Positions 44,836 to 58,889 of a stretch of DNA of 64,000 nt are shown piece after piece. The DNA is from Eledone cirrhosa (taxonomy: Eukaryota). The translations under genes were made by a program, and so were the position numbers. Within the stretch, counting starts at the first letter, position 1. Each line of letters opens with the position of its first letter. The DNA lies in NCBI GenBank assembly GCA_964016885.1, contig OZ024756.1, forward strand, positions 30,690,001 to 30,754,000, given 5' to 3'. The notes beneath the pieces are model-generated. The model did no database searches, was not told the origin of the DNA, and saw only the letters and a program-made list of their open reading frames with translations.

Positions 44836-46490
44836 ATATAGGGAGTTATATATCTCCCTTCTTATACTTGAACTTTGATCGATCAGAGGAGATCTGGTTT
44901 ACTCAAATGACCAGATCGAGGTTGTTGGTGTTGTCCTTCTTACACATAAATCTGTGAATGTGTAGCTGACCTCCTATTAGGCTGCATCTCATGGGACGTT
45001 TCCCGGGTGTGTCAACGAGTGGGGAAGAGAAGTCAAGTCATATCGTATAAAGTATTCTCGGTTTCGATCTGATATTTCGAATGTATTGATTTTGGGAGAT
45101 ATCGTCATAATAAATATTAACTATATCATTAACATTTACTGTATCGATATATTGATATTCAATTAACGCTAATTCATTTATATTTCTTGTCAATTTAAGA
45201 CAAGTGGATTTTCGGCTCCTCAATTAAAAATAAAATGACACAATTAGAACTTTCTTTTCGATTTGCTTTCAAATGTAATTACATGTTGTCAAAATCGATT
45301 AGTTAGGTTCTGATCGATTTTATTTAAAAGTTGCTATAACTGCACTATTAGAGAAAACGCTTTCACTCATATACTCTGGACTAGAATTTCGGGAAGAAAC
45401 TAAAGCTTATTGTATTGTTTCATATAGAAACAGGAGAGCCAAATTTGACCTCGTTGAGATTTGTATTCAGTGTAAATATGTTTGGCTGAAGACTGGCATA
45501 CAACTTAAACACGTTTCTATCAATTCTACCGATCTAACATCATTTCGCTGCAGTAGAAATACAGATTTATATCAGAGAGAGACAAGGATAGGGATGTTTG
45601 CGGCTTTGGTATTAATAGCCTTGTCAAGTCAGTGAAATTTTATTCCAGAACACGAAGAGCCAGAAAAATACCATAATGCCACTGACCGACTCGTTCTCCC
45701 TATTGTCTATCGACGTCGACCGTCTAATAACCGGCGAAGAAAATGAGAGACGTGACACATGCCTAAAGCAACAAAACACAGTTTTGTGGTGCGTGTAAAA
45801 TGTAGATTGAAAAGTCAAATTCGAAAGTGGATGTATAACTGATAACATAGCACACACCTTTACATTGGGACGGCTAATATAATTAAATATTCATTCATCA
45901 CATTAGCACAGCATGCATGTGAATGTGTTACAAATCAATGAAATCGATTCTAATATATTATTGGTATTTATGTTAACGTCCGTTGAGAGATGAAAAAAAC
46001 ATAAAATCGATCCGAACAGTTTCTAATGATTGTGTTTAGCAGAGCGTTTCCATAATAATGGTTTTCCAACTTAGGTATAAATTGTGATTGGAAGGGATAT
46101 TCACTAATATTGATAACATAAATTGAACATTACTTTATTTTATTGGCTCAGATATATGTAAAAATACCGGGTTGACCTCTACATATACGAAAGCGTAACT
46201 TCTGTGATAAACACAACAAAACCTTTTTGTCTGATGCCCGAGAAATTATGTCATGCTGAGGTACTCTAGGTAAAAATAGGTACACCGTGTAATTAGATGC
46301 AATTAAAAGGGGGTCATGTAATTAATTCGTTCCAATTAAAATTGTAGGTTCTACATTTTAGCAAGAAAATGGCAGAGTTTATTTTGTCCTTGACGGAATC
46401 CGAACTGTGAACGTAAAACGATGAATTTAAACTATGGATATAGAAGTTGTTCTTTAACCTCAGGTGAATGTTGATTTAGCAGAGCTATAA

Positions 46491-46690
46491 TTGTTTCTGA
46501 ATTAAGCAGAAGGCCAACAATTCTGGTAGATTAAATCGACCCCAGTGCGTACCAGATACTTCATTTTATCAACCCCTTATGGGTGAAAGGCAAAGCTAAC
46601 CTCAGGGGCCGGGGACTCGAAACGTAAACGGTCATAGCTCTATGCCATGAAGCATGGTGTCTGACACTTTACCGATACTGCGAACCCACC
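46491..46690 (-). mobile_element. SINE family 1, diverged
   Basis: Core GAAAGGCAAAGCTAACCTC; head TACCGATACTG. Confidence 0.75.
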
Positions 46691-47612
46691 AGTGCAGTGC
46701 TCTAATGAAATGAATTTCGAACATGACCATCCCAACCTTTTTTTCATACAGAATCAACTTAGGACTACTCTGACGAAAATGTCATTTTGAAAGCGGCTAA
46801 TAAGTGTAGGAGCCATTTGTCAGCTATATATAGCAGATATGGATCCTTCGGTTATTCCAGATCCTTCCTAATGTAGTCAGGTAAATAGTAGTTTCCAACA
46901 TTACATAAATAGCCCCAAATGTTTAGGACTATGTGTAGTCGATTGATCTTGCTTCAGTAAATTACTTCAATTCTTTTTCTCAGCCACAGGAAGGGGGAAA
47001 GCCAAAGATAACCTGACAATGATTCGATTTATGGAAGGTTAATGGGAGAGGTTAATTAATGTTGTCTGTATCTGTCATAATATCTCAAACAGTTTTAGAT
47101 ATGGTTGATTAAGATATTCGTTACTATATTTCTAATGGAAGGTGCTGGCTGTGATTCTCAAATAATTTACAAAAGAATCAGAAATTTGGATGGATTCTAT
47201 AATATAACTAACTTAGTCATTATTAGGTTGCTGTCAGAAACATAACTTTACAATGGATTTTTTTGACATGAAATTATAATGGAAGATTTTAAAATAAATA
47301 TAGGCACATTAACTAATTCGCTACAATATCTCTAATAAAGGACATGAATCTAATTTTCAAATAATTTCTAAATAATCAAGAATTTGGAGTGATTTAGTAA
47401 AATATCATTCTTGTTATTAAGCTGGTGTTTCAAAGATAATGTAACAAATGTTCTTACACTCTTACACAATATTATATTGAAAGATATTTACATAAATATA
47501 AAGACTTTAAATCAAACTTTAAATAAATAATGTAGAACCAGGGCCAGTTTTGGGTATTTGATATGAAAAATATTAATTCGCACCCACAGTATGTTGCATT
47601 ATTTTACTTTAC

Positions 47613-48570
47613 GGGCGGTGGATTGACAGTAGCAGTTGAGCGTCGGACACGATGCTTTGCAACATAGATGTACGGCCCTTTATGGTCTGAGTTCAAATCC
47701 CGACAAGGTTAGCTCTGCCTTTCATCCTTACGGGATCGATAAAATAAAGCACCAGTAATGCCGTGGGGTCCATTTAATCGACTTTCCCCTCCCGCAATAT
47801 TACTAGCCTTGTGCCTATATAAGAAATAATTATTTTACTTTAAGGGTAGTGGATTGGCAGTATCGGTTGAGCGTCGGACAGCATACTTTGCGTCATAGAG
47901 TTACGGTTCGTTACGTTCTGAGTTTCATCTTTGGCATTATTTGTGCTCGTAGTATCGCTAGAGCTTCCATGCTTCACAGCATAAAGTTACGTCCCTTTAC
48001 GGTCTGAGTTCAAATCCCGCCTAGGTTAGCTTTGCCTTTCATCGTTACAGGTCGATGAAATAAAGTACCAGTAACACATTGGGGTCGATCGCATCGACTT
48101 TTCCTTCCTCTCAAAATGATTAGTCTTGTGTCTAACTCAGAAACTATTATTTTATTTTAGCCTAGGGTGGTGGATTGACTGTATCGGTAGAGAGTCAGAC
48201 ACCATGCTTTGCAGCATAGAGTTATGGCCCTTTACGGTCTGAGCTCAAATCGCGCCGAGGTTAACTTTGTCTTTCATCCTTACGGGCTCGATAAAGTAAA
48301 GCACCAGTAATGTACTGGGGTCGATTTAATCGAACTTCCCCTACCCCAAAATTACTGGCATTCTGCTTATACTAGAAACTATTATTTTAGTTTAGCCTAA
48401 GGGCAGTCAGTGGATTGGCAGTATCGGTAGAGGGTCGGACTCAAGCATAAAGTTACGGCCCTTGCCATTCTGAGTTCAAATTCCGCCTTTCATCCTTACG
48501 GGGTCGATAAAATAAAGTACCAGTAATACAATGTGATCATTGCTGGCCTTGTGCCAAAAGTAGAAACCAT
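47613..48570 (+). mobile_element. Head-to-tail array of 5 family-1 SINE units
   Basis: Units start at about 47613, 47844 (truncated), 47948, 48165 and 48401; linker TTATTTTA(C/T/G)TTTA. Confidence 0.9.
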
Positions 48571-49125
48571 TATTTTAGTTTAGCCTGTTCTACCGAAAGA
48601 AAAAAAAGACGTAAAAATTCAAACTGACCTCTCATCAGGTATTTGTGCAGAATTCGAACACAGAGTATATATGAAACCAACGGAATACAGGATGCCATTA
48701 TGGTGGACAGTTCTTCCGTTTCCGTCACCGTGTTGCCTTCAGGAGATTGAAGATTGAAATGTAGACGGTTTCAAATATACAGTCAATTCTCAGTCCAATA
48801 CGTGTAATTTATATGGAATTTTTTTGTTGCAATGTCAGCGAATGCTATTAAGGTGGTATTGGGAAATTTAAGAAAATATTGGAAATCGAAATTCGATCGA
48901 AATTGGATGATTTCGTGCTTTTTCTTTTCTTTGTCTTTTCTTTTTGGTTTCTTGGTTGAATGCGAAGAAGAACGCCCCTACCCGATTTTTTCTCGAGTTA
49001 CAAGTATTCAGTATTTAAGTAATAGTAGTGGACTCCCCAACACCAATACTGCTGCATACTACAGCTGTGATTACATATATATATCAATAGAAACATTTGA
49101 CTATCATATGGATATATATATACAC

Positions 49126-49157
<32 letters not shown>

Positions 49158-49582
49158 TCACGTATGTGCAGAGAGTAAGAGAATGAGAAAAGAAAAAGAA
49201 AAATCTAGCTAGATGACGTGGATAAACAGACATGAGCATGTGGATGTCCACAGCCGCATACAGGCAGATACACGATCACACACATACATACATATTTATA
49301 TTTACACATACATACATACAACCACACGTACATGTAATGAAAAAATGGAGAGAGCACGAGAAACCAAGAGAGAAATGAAGCTAATAAATCTTCTGATTCG
49401 TTGACACAGAGCGCTACCTGTCGTTGAACATTTACAAAAGAAAAAAAGGGAAGCAACATATTTATAGAGGGATAATCAGATGGTGTATTGATTTCTTGCA
49501 TTAGTAGAAAGCCACATGTGTTAATACACACAGGCATACACTCATACACATATATACACACACATATATATGTATATATGTA

Positions 49583-49615
<33 letters not shown>

Positions 49616-49702
49616 GCATAAAGAAACGCACACACCCAGACACATAAATATATATATGAATATATGTGTATATATATAAATGTCTATATCTATCTATCTC
49701 AT

Positions 49703-49738
<36 letters not shown>

Positions 49739-49741
<3 letters not shown>

Positions 49742-49961
49742 ATAATAATAAATTTGAAGACTAAAATCCAAAGAGGGCTCGATAAGGATAAATATATATC
49801 AAATATATAAGAACCGTAGAGCAAATATTTATTAAAATAACAGATTAAAGTTTAAGCAAAGAATCGCTGCTTTCACCCTTAACGGGATCTTCAGAAGATC
49901 CCGTTAAGGGTGAAAGCAGCGATTATTTGCTTAAACTTTAATCTGTTATTTTAATAAATAT
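49739..49961. mobile_element. Family D fold-back with hammerhead core
   Basis: 68-bp arms 49825-49892 / 49894-49961 with 1-nt loop; minus strand CTGAAGA-tCCCgttaaGGGt-GAAA, stem III AGCA/TGCT, CTT triplet; tail 49739-49824; TA flanks. Confidence 0.8.
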
Positions 49962-50149
49962 ATATATCTATATATATAATATTTTTTTATTTATAACAAC
50001 AATCTATTTCGACTTTTCCTCGAAGCTGCTGGCTTTTTAAAACAGTACAGTAATAACAGTATGAAACCTTCAATATACTTAATATCAACTAAGTTTAGCT
50101 TGGAGCTGGAGCATCTATTTATATTATATAATAATAACAGGCAATGAAG

Positions 50150-50420
50150 TATTACATCAAGAATACATAGAGAAATAATACAAGTGCAATATGGTTTTAG
50201 ACCATGTACTAGTACATGTGAAAAACCTCAAATGTTTTATAAACCACATGGATGCATCTTTCAGAGTAAAGCACGCCTGTTAGAATTTGCTATATATGAG
50301 AAAGTCATAAACAAATACGCTTGGCTTAGTTGTAAAAACAACTCAAAGCATATCCGATTTATTGAAAAGGAATATGGTTGCCTATGTAAAGGGAAAAAAT
50401 ATTGCAAATATTAAGACGCA
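50150..50420 (+). pseudogene. Decayed non-LTR (LINE, RTE-like) RT fragment
   Basis: EIIQVQYGFRPCTST resembles the Q(Y/F)GFRPGRST RT motif; downstream ...AW...HIRFIEKEY fits weakly. Confidence 0.55.
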
Positions 50421-50490
50421 ACTAACATAAACATGGCTAAAATCTATGCAATTCATTTAAGTTTGAAATCGAACTTACCTTTATAAATAA

Positions 50491-50677
50491 TTGTTTCTAC
50501 GTTAGGCACAAGGCCAGAAATTACCCAGTGTATTACTGGTACTTTATTTTATCGACCCCGTAAGGATGAAAGGCAAAGTTAACCTCGGCGGGATTTGAAC
50601 TCAGAATGGCAAGGGCCGTAACTCTATGCGCCAAAGCATGGCATCCGACACTCTACCAATACTGCCAATCCACCGCC
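50491..50677 (-). mobile_element. SINE family 1, full length, 10-bp TSD
   Basis: TATAAATAAT at 50482-50491 and 50678-50687. Confidence 0.92.
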
Positions 50678-50754
50678 TATAAATAATGATTTCTGATTTA
50701 GGCACAAGATAGGTGGTTATTATTTAAACTGAAGGGAGCCTAGATTAATTAAAC

Positions 50755-51340
50755 CTTCCTTAAACTGACACTGGAGATACTAACCTTGGTAAACTAATCT
50801 TGGAGAATGTGACATTTCTCACATCTACATTGCAGTTCCTGACAATGATGAGACTGGTGTACGTACGGTTGCCCTTGCCGATAGTGACGTTATTAACTGA
50901 ACTTGTTGAGACTGTCTTTGCTCATACTAATCTTTCTGCGACGTACCTTGTAGATCTTGTGTAGCTGATCTTACTGAACTTGCCCCTGGAGATACTGATG
51001 TTGCTGTGACTACCGTTACTGAGACAGATCTTAATGGACTTGGCCTTGGAGATGCTGACATGGTAGGTAATGATCTTATCGAGACTTACATTGCTGGGAC
51101 TAATCTTGCCGAGATTGAGCTTGCTGAGATTGACCTTACTGAGATTTAGCTCCCTAAGACTCATCTTGGAGATACTGACCTTAGCGAGTCTGACATTCCT
51201 GGGACTAAGCTTGCTGTGACTTATCTTGATGAGACCATCATTACCGAGTCTGTCGGTGCCGAAACTGATATTAGATGCACTGACGTAGCAAAGATTGACG
51301 TGCTCGGTTTAACCTTGCCGGATCTGACCTTACTAAGGTT
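50755..51340. repeat. Degenerate 15-bp tandem repeat (consensus approximately ACTGACCTTGCTGAG)
   Basis: ACTAATCTTGCCGAG ATTGAGCTTGCTGAG ATTGACCTTACTGAG and similar units. Confidence 0.85.
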
Positions 51341-51704
51341 ATAATATCGACGATCGATAAACTACTTAATCAGTGAATATGTCCGCTTCTGTGACCCATT
51401 TTCTGGCATTACTAAATAGAAACAATTGTGCATTAGAGCAGAATTGATGAATATAACAAGGAAACGGATCATATATGAAATGCTGAGTAAAATAGGAAGA
51501 TTATCATCCAGTGACCCACATCTCTGACACACATCATTCAAACTGTTTTATTATATTCTTGATCGTATTTATTTGATTTCACTTGAACCGTTGATTTTCA
51601 TATTGGAATTGGCCCAGTAATATATCATTAACTAAATAGAAAGATATTGAGATAGAGAAAGAAGTAAAGTAAAAACAGACGAGAATAAGAGGAGAGAGAA
51701 TGAG

Positions 51705-51705
51705 A

Positions 51706-51785
<80 letters not shown>

Positions 51786-51880
51786 GTGAGAGAGAGAGAG
51801 AGAGAGAGAGAGAAATAGTGAGAGAGAGATTGAGAGAGAAAGGGTGAGAGAGATTGAGAGAGAAAGTGAGAGTAACGGTG

Positions 51881-51935
<55 letters not shown>

Positions 51936-51950
51936 CGGGAGAGAGAGAGA
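51705..51950. repeat. (GT)n-(GA)n microsatellite
   Basis: Direct reading. Confidence 0.95.
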
Positions 51951-52397
51951 CGGATCAAAAGTGTGAGATGATCGTTTATTGCTGATCACCATACGTCAAG
52001 CACTTCGCTGGCTTTCATATTTTCACCAGAATAATTTGGATAAATCAGGATGGCTTGTAACAACGGAGAAATAAATATCTTCATTGGCATAATGTTTCAG
52101 AGAGAGAGAGCTACCTATTCTTCGCAGGAATTTCAGGTAAATCGTTGAAACTGCAGGTGGTCTGAAATCTGATGAGTGCATTTTAATGTTTGTGAGCTCT
52201 TCTCATCCATTCTATTTCTTGTTTCCTATTAATTCTTCGACTCAACTCACATCGAGCCGCTGATTTTTGTCCTTCGAGGTAATGTTGTACTCAACGCCAC
52301 TTCGACGGCATTTTGCTGTTTTAACAGCTTCCTTTCGCCGAGTTTTTCCATTTGCCTACACACACACACACACACACACATATATAGCTATGACACA

Positions 52398-52444
<47 letters not shown>

Positions 52445-52461
52445 ATATATATATATATATA

Positions 52462-52535
<74 letters not shown>

Positions 52536-52887
52536 TATATATATATATATATATGTACATATTAACTACTCTGCTCTATTCTTCCCTCATCACGCCCATT
52601 CCCCCTCCCACAGACATTTTATCATCCTCATACCTTCAGTCTGCTCTCTCTCTCTACGCTCTCAACCCCTCATCACACTTCTTGCTTTCTCCCCTCTCTC
52701 CATCCCTCTCACCATCCCTCCTCACATCTCCAACAACACCGATTAAAGTATTTCAATACTATGATTCTGTTGGCTCCGACAAACGTAATTAGTCACACTA
52801 TTCGATAACAGACATGTGTGTGTGTGTGTTGAAACGATTGGACTGGTTCGATATGTGTGTATTTATGTATATATATATATATATATA

Positions 52888-53060
52888 TATTTATTAAAAT
52901 AACAGATTTAAGTTAAGAATCGGTGCTTTAACCCTTAACGGGATCTTCTGAAACTAACTTAAATCTGTTATTTTGATAAATATTTGCTCTACGGTTCTTA
53001 TATATTTGATATATATTTATCCTTATCGAACCCTCTTTGGATAACTTATTATTATTACTA
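52888..53060. mobile_element. Family D fold-back
   Basis: Matches 49739-49961; AAAATAACAGATTTAAGTTA / TAACTTAAATCTGTTATTTT. Confidence 0.8.
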
Positions 53061-53073
53061 TATATATATATAT

Positions 53074-53309
53074 ATTATTAGAAATGTTAGCTATCGCCGT
53101 ATTTTGACTAAAGAAATTAAAGAAATTATTTAGCCTGATAGTGGGGTTAAGAACCCTCGGAGAAATGGAAAAAGATGAGTATTGACGTACATGTACGTCA
53201 ATACTCATCTTTTTCCATTTCTCCGAGGGTTCTTAACCCCACTATCAGGCTAAATAATTTCTTTAATTTCTTTAGTCAAAATACGGCGATACCTAACATT
53301 TCTAATAAT
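53074..53309. repeat. 236-bp loopless palindrome (118-bp arms, 1 mismatch)
   Basis: Centre GACGTACA|TGTACGTC at 53191/53192; mirror ORFs 53175+ and 53208- in the track. Confidence 0.95.
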
Positions 53310-53432
53310 TTCAAATCAACTCGCTGTTTCGAAAATATTCTTACATATATATATATACATAAATGAAAATAGAGAAATTAATGTGAGCAAGAAGCCAACA
53401 GTATTTCATAATATATAACATAATATATATAT

Positions 53433-53492
<60 letters not shown>

Positions 53493-53593
53493 GTATATAT
53501 ATGTGTGTGTGTGTGTTTGTGGGTGTGTGTGTTTATGTATGTACTATACATACATGCATAACTGTATGAATATATGTATGGATGTGTGTGTAC

Positions 53594-53643
<50 letters not shown>

Positions 53644-53668
53644 GTGTGTGTGTGTGTGTGTCTGTATG

Positions 53669-53713
<45 letters not shown>

Positions 53714-54245
53714 AAAGATGCGGTATTGTGGATGGCGAGATATCGGATGTGTAAGTACCAAAACTACAATTCCATTACATAGCATCAATAAATTATATCA
53801 AGAGACTCATTGGAGAGAAATATCTGATCTAATCCAATATTACACACCTTTCGTTGGTGGACGTGCTCTGAAAATTGTAGCAGGAGCTGTCTTCATATGC
53901 ATGTGTATATATATAAAAGCTTCACGGCACAGGCATTGCTTTATATCTGGAGATCTCTCTGCACTTGTCGTCACATGGTGCCATGGGCCCAACACTATGT
54001 GTCAATAATTGTCACAAGTGTAGTGTTTGTATCAGAGTTTTCAAGTCGCTGGCTGGACTAAAAAGTCACACTCGTTCACCGCATCGGTAGGAGTTCTCCT
54101 ACATGGATATAAAGTAGTGGCCGTACTCGAAAACGAGTTGGCAGCCACCACTATGTATATACATATATATGTACGTGTGTATATGTACATATACGTACAC
54201 ATACACACACACACAAACATCACACACACGCACACGCATATATAT

Positions 54246-54286
<41 letters not shown>

Positions 54287-54287
<1 letters not shown>

Positions 54288-54481
54288 GGAACTAGTATGG
54301 CACCGACGGCAGAGCTCAAGCCGTTTCGACGCTAATTCTGGACTGCGTTCAGAATTAGCCGTCGAAACAGCTTGAGCTCTGCCGTCGGGGTCATACTAGT
54401 TCCTCTTACAAACTCTACTACCCTAAGTATTGAGTACTATGTGCGTTATGGTCCAACTGGTTCCTTACCACATTTCCTTCG

Positions 54482-54483
<2 letters not shown>
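54287..54483. mobile_element. Family B fold-back
   Basis: Short minus arm and long plus arm ending CCTTCGTTA then (TA)n. Confidence 0.85.
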
Positions 54484-54521
<38 letters not shown>

Positions 54522-54557
54522 AAATATAAATGATAAATGTATATATTTATATATATA

Positions 54558-54598
54558 CGTTTTCAGATAAAGAATCTTGCTAAACAAATTCAGAAACG

Positions 54599-54602
<4 letters not shown>
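54558..54602 (+). mobile_element. Family C tail only
   Basis: TTTTCAGATAAAGAATCTTGCTAAACAAATTCAGAAACGAAATA identical to 32047-32090. Confidence 0.8.
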
Positions 54603-54672
<70 letters not shown>

Positions 54673-55086
54673 GTATGTATACATACATATATATATACAT
54701 ATATTTACCTATCTCTCTCTCTCTATATATATATGTACGTATATATATATATGTATATATACACATATATACATATATATATATATAGAGAGAGAGGGGA
54801 AATAAATATATTTATAGGAGAAAAAGAGTAAGATGGAAAATATAGCGAAAGTGGGTAAGACGACATGAGAGTAAATCATTTACTTATTGAATATTTATGC
54901 TTCGATCACTTATCGAACTCTAATCTGTCCAGTAATGAAATCAAACAACAAGATTTTAGTTGGTTAACGAACTTAACCTAGTATGTACTTATTGTTTTAC
55001 TTAGTGCTGCTGTCATTGTCTGACGGTCATTTAGTGAACGTTTAAACAGATATATTTCTATAATCATATATCGATCTCTTTATATA

Positions 55087-55205
<119 letters not shown>

Positions 55206-55348
55206 ACATAAGTAAATATATAATACACTCGGAGCGGTACTACATCTCGTTCGTTCATTCAGTCGATAAAGAATTCGATACACATTCTCTTTGTGTCTAT
55301 ATATCTATATCTATATATCTATATATCTAGATCTATAATATCTATATA

Positions 55349-55434
<86 letters not shown>

Positions 55435-55438
<4 letters not shown>

Positions 55439-55695
55439 AATAAATATAAATTAGTAGTAAGTATTTGATAGCATTCAGTTTTAGTTTTAAGTTTTTACCG
55501 GTTGCGCATTTCTAATGCTTTTCAAAAATAATTTTGTTTGCTCTAATCAGATTAGAGCAAACATCACGAGCTCTAATCTGATTGGAGCAAACATCACGAG
55601 CTCTCTATCTCAAAATTATTTTTGAAAGCATTAGTAATGCGCAACCGAGAACTGAATACTAACCAATACTTATTACTAATTTATACTTATTCCTA
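55435..55695. repeat. Family G fold-back with internal tandem duplication
   Basis: Arms TAGGAATAAATATAAATTAG...CAAAAATAATTTTG / CAAAATTATTTTTG...CTAATTTATACTTATTCCTA; centre GCTCTAATCAGATTAGAGC plus GAGCAAACATCACGAGCTCT x2. Confidence 0.8.
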
Positions 55696-55808
55696 ATTAA
55701 ACTATTTTTCACTGGGAAAAATTTGGCAGCAATTTCTTTTCCTTTTTACTTATATATCACAACTCGTGTGTCACACTTCTATTTTTTTAAATATATCTAT
55801 CTATCTCG

Positions 55809-55882
<74 letters not shown>

Positions 55883-55884
<2 letters not shown>

Positions 55885-56003
55885 TAAAATAACAGATTAA
55901 AGTTTAAGCAAAGAATCCAATTTGCTCTACGGTTCTTATATATTTGATATATATTTATCCTTATCGAGCCCTCTTTGGATTTAATCTTCAAATTTATTAT
56001 TAT

Positions 56004-56039
<36 letters not shown>

Positions 56040-56298
56040 CGTTTCTGAATTTGTTTAGCAAGATTCTTTATCTGAAAACGTGTGTTGAAACCGATATTGT
56101 TATGCTTTGGGAGGGTCCAACCGGAAATTTATAAATTTAACTTATAATAATTTGGAGTGAAAGCAACTGGTGCGTGTGTTTCTTGTTGGCAACATGACCC
56201 TCCCAAAGCATAACAATATATATAGGAACCAGGTGGACCATAACGCACCAAAGTACTCAATACTTAGGGTAGTAGAGTAGGTAATAGGAACGTTCCTA
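55883..56298. mobile_element. Stack of family D (55883-56010), C (56036-56220) and B (56223-56298) modules separated by (TA)n
   Basis: Sequence identity to the other copies; a family A tail follows at 56417-56472. Confidence 0.8.
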
Positions 56299-57358
56299 TA
56301 TATATATATATATATATTGTTTCTTCTCGGTATGGTGAACTAATTGCTGTTACTACTTCTGCCAAACTTTGTTGGTTTTGTGCATATATATATAGATATA
56401 TGTGTGTGTGTGTGTGTGTAGGAACCGAGTTTTATTGTAGAACAATAAAACTATGCATATATCAGATAAGTACGTGTGCATGTGTATATGCTTTGTATCT
56501 GTACATGTGTATATGCAGTTATTAGATGCAACATTTTTGGAATGTTTTACATATTTTTACTGTTCCATTAATGGATTGTACTTGTAATTTCCTAACTAGT
56601 TGTGTTCTTTCTGTTCCTGTGAAGCCTAGCTTCTCAGTATGTATGCATGTATGTATGTATGTATGTACGCGTGTATGTATACGCCAAAAAGAGGTTGGAT
56701 GTTTTTTCTGAATGTTTGTATGAATGTACTAGTCTATGTATACACTAGCGAGATTGAGTGTGTTTATGATTGTGTATGTGTATGTATGTATGTATGTGCG
56801 TGTGAAAAAGAGGTTTGATCTGCTTATGCATATGTATGTGTTTATCCATGTGTTTATTGGTCTGATGTCACATACATTAACTTCCGTTAGGCTAACCTCC
56901 AGATTATAAAGGAGTTTATTGTATGATGTATGGCGTTGTTGTATTATAATTTCATATTCGACATAGCATTAGATTTTATCAAAGCACATATTTCTAAACC
57001 AGGGTTAGATAGATATTCTGTTGAAAATCTATAAATCCCGTGATATTTGCTTAAAACACACACATCTAGAGAGAAATATTAATGGTGAAATGATTGGTGC
57101 CTTGACAAATACATGAAATATTGCAACAATATTTCAGGTAAAAATAAAACAAGACAAAGCAAATGCATTCATGAATACATGTATGTATGTATGTATGTAT
57201 GTATGTATGTATGTATGTATGTATGTATGTATGTATGTATGTATGTATGTATATGTATGTATGTGCAAATATATCTGTGTTTGTGTGTATATATATATAT
57301 ATATGTATATGTATATATATATATGTATGCATATATATATATATGTATATATATATGT

Positions 57359-57394
<36 letters not shown>

Positions 57395-57410
57395 TTATAT
57401 ATATACACAT

Positions 57411-57460
<50 letters not shown>

Positions 57461-57532
57461 TTATATATATATATATATATTTATTATTTTAATAAATATA
57501 TATATATATATATGTATCTATGTATATATATT

Positions 57533-57591
<59 letters not shown>

Positions 57592-57604
57592 TATTTTAAT
57601 AAAT

Positions 57605-57718
<114 letters not shown>

Positions 57719-57811
57719 ATATAGTGGAAAATGGAAGGGGAACAAAACAGAGAGGCAGTACGAACAAAGGTTTATTAGTTTCACGCTCTTGAGAGTGGGG
57801 TGAGGGTGGAG

Positions 57812-57845
57812 AACGACGTTTCGGGCATAAGCCCTTCTTCAGGCG
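57812..57845 (-). ncRNA. Minimal hammerhead of the classic PLE type
   Basis: Minus strand CTGAAGA-aGGGCttatGCCC-GAAA-CG-TC; palindromic stem III ACGT; GTC triplet; module 57723-57850 is flanked by (TA)n. Confidence 0.8.
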
Positions 57846-58378
57846 AAATATATATATATATAAGATATATAACTTTGTGTGTATTTGTGCGTGTGCATAT
57901 ATAAATATATGCAATTATGTGTACATATATATGTGTATATATTTATATACATAAGCATATATATCTATATTCATATATATGCCTATATATGTAATATACG
58001 CATGTGTGTATGTGTATATCTATTGCTTTTAGTTCTGTCACTGTGTCTATTTACGTTTGGTACATTTTATATAATCCGCATATTTGTATGGAATTGTGAC
58101 TTCTGTTTCATATATATTCCTCTCTTACCATCCTCTTTCCTCCCCCTCCCTCACCCTCTTTATCTCTCACACACATACCTTCATTTCTCTCTCTCCCTCT
58201 CACTCTCTCACTCTCTCTCAAACACATACCTTCATTTTTCTCTCTCCCTCTCACTCTATCTCTATATCTCACTAACATACATTCATTTTCTCTCTCTCCC
58301 TCTCCCTCTCTCCCTCTCTCTCTTACACACATACATTCATTTTTTCTCTCTCTCCCTCTCTCACTCTCTCTGTCTCCG

Positions 58379-58445
<67 letters not shown>

Positions 58446-58454
58446 TATCCTCTA

Positions 58455-58495
<41 letters not shown>

Positions 58496-58570
58496 TATCC
58501 TTTATCTCTCTCTGTCTCCCTCTATATATATATCTCATCCTCTATCTCTCTCTGTCTCTCTCTCTCTCTC

Positions 58571-58629
<59 letters not shown>

Positions 58630-58889
58630 TAACCTCTCTCTCAATGTTCACATGCTATATGTTATCTATCAACTATATTGCCACGTATACACAGCTACAC
58701 CTACGTTGTCTACTCTATAGACTTAGCAGAATGGTCTTGTTACATATATAGCCTGTTTGTTACATACCACAATATTTCTGACGAGGTGTCAAACATAAGT
58801 CTGTACTAATTCACCTTACACTGAGGGATAATCAAGGAATTCTTAATTAAGTGTTAAATACACCAACGAGACATGCAAGCTACACTGTC

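Noticed and set aside
55612-55647. Hammerhead in family G
   Set aside because: GAAA plus hairpin present, but no CUGANGA and no NUH triplet in either arm
56071-56092. Antisense hammerhead-like CTGAAAA...GAAAC in the family C tail
   Set aside because: Breaks the 3-8 pair, has no stem I, and the 32035-32053 copy lacks GAAA
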